Part shown: piece after piece, positions 1 through 10,312 of the stretch | How the letters are laid out: each line of letters opens with the position of its first letter | Numbering within the stretch: position 1 is the first letter of the stretch | DNA from: the human T2T-CHM13v2.0 reference genome, Homo sapiens | DNA: 64,000 nucleotides | Strand: one strand, 5' to 3' | NCBI RefSeq assembly: GCF_009914755.1 | Contig: NC_060927.1 | Made by a program: the position numbers and the translations under genes | Notes under the pieces: generated by a model | What the model was told of the DNA's origin: nothing | Databases searched by the model: none | Seen by the model: only the letters and a program-made list of their open reading frames with translations

Positions 1-930
1 CTAATCCCAACAAAGAATTGAAAGTGAGTAATAGAAATTTGATGTATTCTTTGAAAAATACACATCCAACTAATTACCTAATTGTTTTTATAATTGACTA
101 GTTACATCTATTAACACCATGTAGAGAAAAGGTAGGCATCCTAGAGTTATCGTTAAAGGAGAAAGGAAGTGAGGCACCTTCATGTATAAAACTTTACATT
201 TTATTCCCTGCACCTTAATACTTAAAACTTCTTATGTCTGAAGAGCTCTTGTTTGCATTTTTCCTCAAATGATTGCAGAGTTTAAATATAGGGAACTTCA
301 AGGTATTTCATGAAATCACTCTTATCTGAGAGTTTAGCAAATGAACTTCAAAATAATGCAGCAAATTATTTGGTTGAGAAAATTGTTATACACTCTGCCA
401 GGCATTTGAGGACATATAAGATGGAGTTCCACCCTTTATCATAGACCAATTTTGAAGTAATTCCACAGGGGGAAAAAATAACAACATGGCACAGTCTGTG
501 ATAGATGTGGGGCGATTTTAGGATAACAAAAAATGGGGAGAGATCTGTCTTAGTTGCAGTGGTCTGAAGTTAGAATTTGAACTAGGCCCTGAAGGAGATA
601 TATTTGGTCATATAAGAGGGAAAGAAGAAGTGGCATCCCAGAACTAACAAGTGGAAATGAATATGATAGTGATTGAGTCATATGTATCTGACATTTGAGT
701 TACAGTAATTATTAAATAATGATAATGTAGGCCTCTGATTATATCTTTGTGGTGTTTAAATAAATTTTTGAAAGGTCACCATTACAATAGTTGCAGTGTT
801 AGAAATGGTCTGTAAACTTTTAAAGGCAATGCTGAATATTTGTCTCACTGGTCATGGCTTCAGTTCTGTTGTCAGGTGAGAGACCTTCTGTTTCAGAGAA
901 ACCTTAAATTCTGTTTAGTAATTGCAAATA

Positions 931-1024
931 TTAGGTTGGTGCAAAAGTAATTGCAGTTTTTGCCATTAAAAGTAAGAAAAGCAAAAAGTAAAAGTAGTTA
1001 CTTTTAATGGCAAAAACCGCAATT
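931..1024. mobile_element. MADE1 (Hsmar1 MITE), right end truncated, central insertion
   Basis: ttaggttggtgcaaaagtaattgcagtttttgccatt...aatggcaaaaaccgcaatt. Confidence 0.85.
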
Positions 1025-1833
1025 TAAGATGCTAGTAAAACATGCCATCATTTTATATACAACCTACTGGAAAAATTACTTCTAGCTTATAATAAAGATG
1101 CCATCAATTATAAGAAATATCTTGATTTCAGAGATGTTAACATGTGAAAAGTATACCCTAGAATCAATGAAATTATGGTGAAATACACTATACAGTTAAA
1201 CTATTCAGTTTTCTAAATATGATTAATTTACTCAAATATTGAAGTTATTTTTATTGTACTAATAATTTAGGTTACTAAAACCCAAATCAGCAGAAACATT
1301 TGACTATCCATACTAAGTACATTCTAATATTGATAAATGATGTTCTGTATGGTTTTTTTTTTTTGGTGCCAAAACCTAGGAATTAATGTTCTGTATATTT
1401 TCTGTAATTTTTCTGTTGACTGCATTTCTGCACATCAGTTTTTTTTTTAACTTCCATGACTTTGTATTTCCTGGATATTATCCCCTTTTGCTGATGAGAT
1501 GGTCACACCTTTGACTATATTACATGACATAGCACATCTTAGCAGACTGCAGTGAGGGATTCTTCTGCTGGTTTTGAAGAAGTGAGCGGCCTTCTGCACA
1601 TCAGTTTATTTTTTAATCTGTATTAACTAGTAGATACTATACTAGTATATTAATAGTATAATAATTGATTATTCCTTAGTACGTTTCAGATTGATTTTAA
1701 CTTTCATGGATCTTTCTTTGAAGCAGCCAAACAGTATTGCTTATTTAAACAATAATTTGTAGGACATAATTTTGAACATTTTAAAAGGCTTTTTATAGAA
1801 ATCTAAGTGGTTTATGTTCTTTTCTTTTCCAAG

Positions 1834-2037
1834 GTACAAATTCTGAGCTGTCTAACCCCTCTGAAACGGAATCTGAGCGTAAAGACGAGCTGAGTGATTG
1901 GTCATTGGCAGGAGAAGATGATCGAGACAGCCGACATCAGCGTGACAGCAGGAGACGCCCAGGAGGAAGAGGCAGAAGTGTTTCAGGGGGTCGAGGTCGT
2001 GGTGGACCACGTGGTGGCAAATCCTCCATCAGTTCTG
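1834..2037 (+). CDS. FXR1: FXR1 coding exon 13 (204 nt), RGG-box region
   Basis: ttttccaag|GT...TCTG|gtagtc; phase 1-1; translates (G)[67 protein letters not shown], which is recognisable FXR1. Confidence 0.97.
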
Positions 2038-3940
2038 GTAGTCTTTTCTATACTCTGTCAGCATCCATTATTTGTAAACAGTTTAATTTTACAAAAGTTA
2101 ATTCATCTCCCAGGGCCACCCATTTTTGGAAGTTTCTCTTGCTACTCATTGTCTTAGAGAAAGTAGTGGACCATATAGCAGTATCAGGAAAAGCCCTCGT
2201 AGAGTGTTTCTCAGTGAAGGTTTACTTAGAATATACTGGTCAGAACTTTAGTTGGCAGCTTTTCTTTATATGATGAGGGTCAGATGTTTCTCTCTTCAGG
2301 TTTTGGAGGCTTATTTAATTAGAATTTTTTTTGTTTTCCCTAGAATTTTGGGGTTATGTATTTTTGTTTGCCAGACAGACCCAGAGATTTCTAATGCACA
2401 GAGAGATGTCAGTACTTTTCTATACTTAATATTGAAAACGAAGTGAAGAGCATTCTTAGCTACACTATGTAGTACTTTGGGAACAGGGAAAAATTGTGGA
2501 ATTAACTAAGTTTTTTAATTGTTGGAGGAACTGTGCTGTAAAGAGGAGTGTTTGGATGACTAAAGATTTGAGGGTGTAGGAAACGTTTTACTTAATTACT
2601 TCTGTCTTCTAAAATTTTTTTATGCTTTACATTAAGTTGTAGGAGTTTCCAGAATATCCTTGGTTACCATAACGGGCTAGGGAGTTAATTGCCAGGGATA
2701 GATACATAGACTATATTAAGGATATAACTTTAACATATCATTATGGTATACCACGTTAAGAAACCCGCACCTTCCTTAATGTTATACCCATGAAAACTTA
2801 TGTAGTATTTTAATATTATAGAAAGTGTGTGTAGATACATTAAATATAGATGCCAACTGTGCTTACAAATTACAAAAACTGGAACAAATCAGGGCAAAAA
2901 TTAGGAACTTGTTCTTTGTTTGTTTAGATTTTCTCCCTTTCCACAGTAATACTCTTTGAGCCTTAAGTTTAGTTTACAGGCTTTCAGGGTAATAGTTTTT
3001 ATATTTTAGTACACTTTGTACAGTTACCAAGGTGTTTAAAATTACAGTATACTGAATTGCAAAATAAATGTACTTGACCTAGTGTTTTATGATTAATGGA
3101 TACGCTTAGTGTCTTTTGCAAAGATGCTTAGCTTGCTAGCTGTTACCAAAGGAATCTTAGGAAAAATCGGAATTAGGTGAATTTCTTCTATAAATTTGAT
3201 TGTTGGAGGTAATAAATGCACATAGGTAAGATGGGTATTTTTCTTATGAATTGTACCTTACAGTTTTTCCTTTTCCACCTTCACATCACCTTCCATAATG
3301 TTTCTAAAGATGGAGTACTAGTCAGCATTCGTTTCAACATTTTCCTTTCATAACCAGTTAGAAGTTCAACCTTATTTAATTGGCTGCTTTGTTTCAACTT
3401 GTCTTGATTGCTTCAGTTCAGTTACGGATTTCTATTATGTCATGGAATGCAGGTATTGAATATTATTTGGGAAACAGTCCATCAACATCAACACAACAAA
3501 GCTGCAGTCATTTTGAACTCAGTTAAGGGGATGAAAGCTCGCTCTTATAATTATTTCTTAACAGCTGAATATTTGTTTCTTTTCATTTTTGTTTTTCTAG
3601 TCTCTGGGCAGGATTACCTTGAAATGTGAATGCAAGAATTAGCATTTAATACACTATTTTCTAATGTATATTTTAAAAACAAGGCACAGGAAATGTTAGG
3701 AAGCCAAGATGTCTGCTTACTTTCTGCTTTAATTTTTCATCACCACTTAAAGTTTTATCATATTTAATTATCTTTGTTATTTTCCAGGTAAATAATATTG
3801 AAAACATTTTATTTGAAGACAGTGCATTTTTATTGGGGGAGACTGAAGTTTATTTGTCATTGATATAGTTCAATATAGATCAAACATTCATAATTGCAGT
3901 ACTCTTAAACGAATATTTCTTGCCTCTGACATGAATATAG

Positions 3941-4141
3941 TGCTCAAAGATCCAGACAGCAATCCATACAGCTTACTTGATAATACAGAATCAGATCAGA
4001 CTGCAGACACTGATGCCAGCGAATCTCATCACAGTACTAACCGTCGTAGGCGGTCTCGTAGACGAAGGACTGATGAAGATGCTGTTCTGATGGATGGAAT
4101 GACTGAATCTGATACAGCTTCAGTTAATGAAAATGGGCTAG
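3941..4141 (+). CDS. FXR1: FXR1 coding exon 14 (201 nt), Arg-rich motif
   Basis: atag|TGCTC...CTAG|gtatgt; (V)[66 protein letters not shown]. Confidence 0.97.
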
Positions 4142-4164
4142 GTATGTAAGCACTTAGGGAAGAG

Positions 4165-4166
<2 letters not shown>

Positions 4167-4207
<41 letters not shown>
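4167..4207. repeat. (AT)20 microsatellite
   Basis: Pure AT run starting 26 nt into the intron after exon 14. Confidence 0.97.
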
Positions 4208-4210
<3 letters not shown>

Positions 4211-4859
4211 GTAAACTATTGTTAGTATATGAAGCTTTTTTCAAAGAAATATGCAATTCACAAATTGACTTTTTCTTAGTGTTTACTTTGAACAAGGTAG
4301 ATAGCTTTTTGTCTATCTTAAATGTTTAGTTCTCAGATTTGTTATAGCCAAATTATTTGAAACTTGGAGGGTTAAAGTGCCCTTTGATGCCATTAAATCA
4401 GTACAAATATTCAGCTGGCAAGGTACTTAGTGCTTTTATTGTCCCCAAGCTAAAATCAGGCTTTCATCTTGCCTCTTTTAAAATAATTATAAATGACACT
4501 GGTAAAGGTACATATATCAAGAGTAGGCATTAATTTTCAAGGGCTAAAATGTCATTAACTTCGGTATAAACCAAACTGTACTAGAGAGGAAGACTGTGTC
4601 CCTGAATGATGGCAGTTTAAGTCTGAGTTTTACTGTGAGTTAAAACCCTCTGAATTTCCAGATGATAATTCCATTTTTAATCCATTTGGAATGCTGAAAG
4701 CTACAAAAATGTATTTCCTGTCAGTAAACATTTGTTGTTTTATTTTTGTGTTTAATTAAAAGTTTATTTTTCCCCTTTAAATCTTTGAAGGAAAGAAGGT
4801 TTTTTTGTTTTTTTGTTTGTTTTTGTCAGAATAGTTCATGGTAAACTTTGCAATTACAG

Positions 4860-4940
4860 ATGATAGTGAAAAAAAACCCCAGCGACGCAATCGTAGCCGC
4901 AGGCGTCGCTTCAGGGGTCAGGCAGAAGATAGACAGCCAG
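4860..4940 (+). CDS. FXR1: FXR1 muscle-specific cassette exon 15 (81 nt)
   Basis: ttacag|ATGATAG...CCAG|gtaact; (D)DSEKKPQRRNRSRRRRFRGQAEDRQP; frame-preserving; not in the ORF track; contains an A8 run at 4869-4876. Confidence 0.95.
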
Positions 4941-5962
4941 GTAACTTGAGTGGACCTGTGGACACCATCAGGTCACAAGCATGAAAAAAATGTCTATGTC
5001 TGCTTTCTAAATATATTATACTTACATGTACACATGTGTGCATATACATTCAAAATTTGCATTGCATAAATTGTTTATTCAACTAATAAGACTACTACTA
5101 TTAAGAAAATGCATTCTTCCTTCACAGTGTGTTAGTAACTTGTCTAATTGAACTAATGTTGTGTCCTAATTGTTTACATGGAAATACTGTTGAGAAGACC
5201 ATTTTGTTCACTTGGCAGTTTCTTCACACTTGAGATGGGGCCTGCCATCCGAGGGACTGTGTTGTAGATTGTGATCAAGGTTGATTGGCAAAACTGGGCA
5301 GCTTTTGCATGGTGCCTGCTTACTATATCTGAATTCAGCACCTCATTTTTGTGGGAGTTGTAATACCCACAATTAAAAAAAAAGTATAAAAGAGAAAAAT
5401 ATTTGAAGGTGTCTTTAACCTAATGCGAGGAATGCATGTTGTTTTTGTTTGTTTATTGTAGTGTGATGCCTTTTCCCTTACACCTACTAACTATTCAAAT
5501 TAATAATACTTAGTTTTAGAATGTTTATTTTATGTAGTCATTAATTTTTAGTAACTTCAAAGAAACTTGTTTGCTGTGTCTATTATTTTGAACATAATTC
5601 CATTTCCTGTGTACAGAGAATCACATGTATATTCACAATGAAGCAATTGTGTGCACCAGAAATAAACCCCTTTCAAACTAATCAATTTTTGCATTCTTTC
5701 CAAAACCAGTTCTTTCATGTGTTTTCCCCAAATAAAGAATGTAAATTCTGGCATCTTTACTATTTTAAATTTAGTGGTTGTAGAGACATTTGGGAAAACT
5801 GGTTAAGAGAATTAGTTCCCATCCCTAAAAGTTCATGTTTTAAAGATAGTTGGAAATTTTTAGAGCAATTAAATATTGTCAAAAAATAGAAAGTGTCCAG
5901 AAAATATTTGTTTTCCTTCCCCTTCTTTCCTCCCCTCCTTTAATGTTGGAAATATATTTTAG

Positions 5963-6243
5963 GGCTGGGTGCAGTGGCTCATACCTGTAATCCCAGCACT
6001 TTGGGAGGCCAGGTAGCAGGATTGCTTGAGCCCAGGAGTTTGAGACCAGCTTGGGCAGTGGGATCCTGTCTAGAGAAAATACAGAAATTAGCTGGGTGTG
6101 GTAGTGCGCACCTGTAGTCCCAGCTACTCTTGAGACTGAGGCAGGAGAATCACTTTAGCCTGGGAGGTCGAGGCCGCAGTGAAGGGTGATCGTGCCACTG
6201 CACGCTAGCCTGGGTGACAGTGAGACCCTGTCTCAAAAAAAAA
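5963..6243 (+). mobile_element. Alu (AluJ-like)
   Basis: Dimeric Alu, A tail, degenerate TSD (aaatatattttag / aaatgttttag). Confidence 0.93.
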
Positions 6244-7134
6244 TGTTTTAGATGAAGAGATTATTTCATTTTTTGAAGGTGGTACAGCAGTGAATACATT
6301 TCTGGCCCTACTGTAAACAAGAAAATTCAGGCTATCAGTATGAACTTAACAGAATATATTACAACATTTATTAACTAGATGTATGGTGGTTTATTACCAA
6401 GTCAACAGGTATAAAAGGAGTAACAGTGGGGTTTGTTGGAGAAGAGGCAAAAATTTCTGTATGGTATTAATTGCAACTTGAGTAGTTTGGAGGCTTCAAC
6501 AGTTTGACAATGATTTCTGTTCCATACTACATCTATTCCTGTTTTACTTCTTTGGGATTACTACTTCCCTCTTTTAAAACTCCTCACATTCCCTAGCTTG
6601 CCCCTTCTCCCAAAAGATAGGGTGGGTAAAACAAGCACAAAACTGTTAACCCTTGATCCTAGTAGCAGTTCTAGGAGGCAGCCTCCCTCTAAAGCTAATA
6701 TCAATATTCTGTTTAAAACACTCATTTAATTTGATCTCATCTGCTCAAAATTTCTTGTTGCTCTTAGTGTAAATTAAGCAGTGAATATTCTTTACCACAC
6801 TTAGAATGTGACAATACACACTGGTGTCCAGTTGATTAACTTGGATCCATTCGAGGAAATTCTAGAGTCCATGTCATTACAGAAATTGCCTGTATTTTTT
6901 TCTAGATATTGTTAATTATTAATCTGTATTGGACTTTTAAGGGGCTTGTATTATAAGGACTGGCTATAAACAGGTTTTTATTTGAATTAACAGAGGTTTC
7001 TTTTGGCTTCCTTTTATTTAGGTAGCGGATACCCCAGCTAAGTGCTTGTTAATTTAGTTGATAACTATATCAAAATATTATTCTGTCTCTGTACACAGTG
7101 GATGAAAGGTTCTAGAATTGTTTCAACAATGTGT

Positions 7135-7202
7135 TAGGTTGGTGCAGTTTTTGCACCCACCTCAAAATGGCAAAAACCACAATTACTTTTGCACCAACTT
7201 AA
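7135..7202. mobile_element. MADE1 with internal deletion
   Basis: ttaggttggtgca...aatggcaaaaaccacaattacttttgcaccaacttaa. Confidence 0.85.
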
Positions 7203-7931
7203 TTTAGCAGCAGGCTTTCCAATTAGATGTTTTCCTAGGTGTCACTGAGGGCCGAACTTGGAAACAGTGCATTCACTATGCTGTTCCCCACACTGGCTAG
7301 AATTGTTCTTGTAATAGGTTTGCTACCATGTATGTAGACATAATAAAGTGGATTATGACAATAGCCCTTTTTCCAATATTGTAAACTCTTTTTAATGTAG
7401 TTATAAATATATTAGCAATGAATTTAAATAATTTAAAAAGCTTCAAGATGAGCGTACTGTTTCTTACAGTTTGGAAGGAAGGAGGCAGTTTCAGATTTGA
7501 AACATCTTTAGTGGTTTTCTAGTAAATGATGTATGTAAGTTCTGAAATAGGTTGTTCCTTTGTGGTTTTAAAAGATTTACATAATAGTTCTAGAAAGTTC
7601 TTGGATCTTATGAAAGTGTTAGCATGTTATTTCATAATTAAGAAACGTGAATTGTAAATACCATCCAGCTTTTTATTATACCAGAATGATTTAGTTGTTT
7701 TCATAGAATTTATACTTTATGGACCAATTCTCCCCATACCTAGTGACTTTAAATAAATAATTTAAAATTTACTGGAGATTTCATTCTTTACATAATTAAC
7801 TTGCTCCCATAATTTAAAGTATATATTGTACTTTTACATATCAGGGATTTTCTGAAACAGTTTGCAATAGAAAATACTTGAAAGAAAAAAGGGTGGTTCT
7901 TTTGGTATTTCTTAAAATCAGTGAATTCTAA

Positions 7932-8225
<294 letters not shown>

Positions 8226-9094
8226 TAAGTTTCAGTTCTTGAAGAGAGAGTGTTGATGTATAAAGTGAGTCAGTCCACATACTGTAGAACATAGGTCATT
8301 TGTTGAAGTTGGGTTGACGTGACAGTAGGGTGTTAGGTTGGGTTTAGTCTTTTTCCTAATCCACTACTGCCACTTCTTTGCAAATACACATTTCAGATCG
8401 TCCCTACCAAGATTGGCAAAGGGGGTGTGGGAGGGGTGTCATTGAATACACTCTGGACCTTTTCCCACTCTGATCAATGTCCACATTTTTAGGGTGGTGG
8501 TCTGTCATCTTTAGTTTGCTTGTAGTTTCTTATTTTAATCACTCAGAATCGTTTCTAGTGTGAAACGTTAAAACAAAACCATAGAATAAACCACACTTGG
8601 ATATCTTAATTGTGCTTTAAAAAAAAACACACACACACATTTGAGTAAATATTTTTGTATCTGAAATTTTCAAATTTAAGTATATCATACTGTGATTTGG
8701 ACCAAATTTGCCCCATTCCCCCCTCCCCCCGACTCCCCGATAATTGCAAACACTGGGCTTAGAACACTGCGTTTGTATTTCCTTTTACTGGTTGTGGGTT
8801 TCTCTAACAACTTTGTTCCACAACATTAGGGTCAACCAGAAGCAAATAGCTGGATTCTTGGGAAAGAGGAATTTAATCTAGATTTCCTCAATCTCAAGCT
8901 TGAAATTTTCTTCAGCACCAAAAGCCCAGGTAGATTTTTAAAGCTTTGTTTTTGGTTGGAGGTGATACCCAGCTTAAGAAAATTTTGACACTGGGTGACC
9001 CACCACTAGTTTAATAGTGAAATTACCCTTTATCCATAAATAAACTTTAGAAATATTTTTTCAACACCTGTAATTTTTTTCTCATCTTTAACAG

Positions 9095-9186
9095 TCACAG
9101 TTGCAGATTATATTTCTAGAGCTGAGTCTCAGAGCAGACAAAGAAACCTCCCAAGGGAAACTTTGGCTAAAAACAAGAAAGAAATG
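9095..9186 (+). CDS. FXR1: FXR1 alternative exon 16 (92 nt, frame-switching)
   Basis: tttaacag|TCACAG...GAAATG|gtaagg; (V)[30 protein letters not shown]. Confidence 0.96.
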
Positions 9187-9903
9187 GTAAGGAGAATTTA
9201 ACCTGTAGGTTTTTTTTTTTTTTAATTTTTGGTATGGTTTAGCTTTATTTTTTTACTACTTTTACTGTGTGATCACTTGTTTCCACAAATAGACAATACT
9301 ATTTTAGTTAAAGACTCTTGAATATGTTCTTGGCCCCAGGTAACTAAAGATATGCATGCTTGAGCCTGAAATACTTTTTAGTTAGAGCTTCAAATAGCAT
9401 TTATAAAATTCATTCTGCCCAAAGATACTGGGCATAGAGACTATTGCCTAATTCAGGAGCAATAGGCTATATACCTCTTCTCATTGATGGATATAGACCT
9501 TTTAAATTTTAGTTCTTTTAAATGCTTTACAGTATTTGATATGTAAATGTGATTTCTCAAAATAAGGTGAGTAAAGTAGGTGATTATTTGTTTAATATTA
9601 ACTGTTTATGTCATTTTCATGGTGAGCTTTCCAGTGTTTTAAAATTAGGTACAGTTTTCATTAGTTTAGATGTTTTCTGTGGTTTGGGCACTGCTAGGTA
9701 CTAGAGATACAAAGTTGAAAGACCCATAGAGTGGAATACTTTGTTATTTGTTTTGAATTTTAAAGATGTTTTAATACTTTGATCCATTGTGGTATATAAA
9801 ACTGAAATTTTTAATTAGCTAATTAGTGTTTATGTAGCTGTTTTCCTCCTCAGCTATAGATTTCATTTATAAAGAAGTTGAAAAAGTTGTCTCCCTTTGG
9901 CAG

Positions 9904-10074
9904 GCAAAAGATGTGATTGAAGAGCATGGTCCTTCAGAAAAGGCAATAAACGGCCCAACTAGTGCTTCTGGCGATGACATTTCTAAGCTACAGCGTACTC
10001 CAGGAGAAGAAAAGATTAATACCTTAAAAGAAGAAAACACTCAAGAAGCAGCAGTCCTGAATGGTGTTTCATAA
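9904..10074 (+). CDS. FXR1: FXR1 last exon, coding part; long frame ends at TAA 10072-10074, exon-16-skipped frame ends GKRCD* at TGA 9918-9920
   Basis: tggcag|GCAAAAGAT; [56 protein letters not shown]. Confidence 0.96.
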   Translation, partial: AKDVIEEHGPSEKAINGPTSASGDDISKLQRTPGEEKINTLKEENTQEAAVLNGVS

Positions 10075-10306
10075 ACTGAAGAAGTTCCTAGTTTACAGTT
10101 CTTTTACATTACATTTACAATAGTGCTTGTACAAGCTTGCCAAAGATAGAATATGGATCGCCAGTCTTTACATCGCACTTTCAGTTCCTCCATTTGGAAT
10201 TCAAAAAGGGGAGGGATCCTGAAGAAATCATATGTTAAACATACTTTGACACCTACTGTGTTATAAAATATATCATCAGATGTGCCTTGAGAATAGTATA
10301 TGTAAC

Positions 10307-10312
10307 ATTAAA
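10307..10312 (+). terminator. Proximal FXR1 poly(A) signal ATTAAA
   Basis: TGTA just upstream; U/GU-rich element (tgttattttgttttc) downstream. Confidence 0.6.

Noticed and set aside
1905-2273. 122-aa ORF extending FXR1 exon 13 by ~78 codons into the intron
   Set aside because: Only 1834-2037 is FXR1-like; the rest is low-complexity read-through past a valid donor, with no sequence evidence of use
4029-4295. 88-aa minus-strand ORF with a YIYIYI run
   Set aside because: Antisense of exon 14 plus the (AT)n microsatellite
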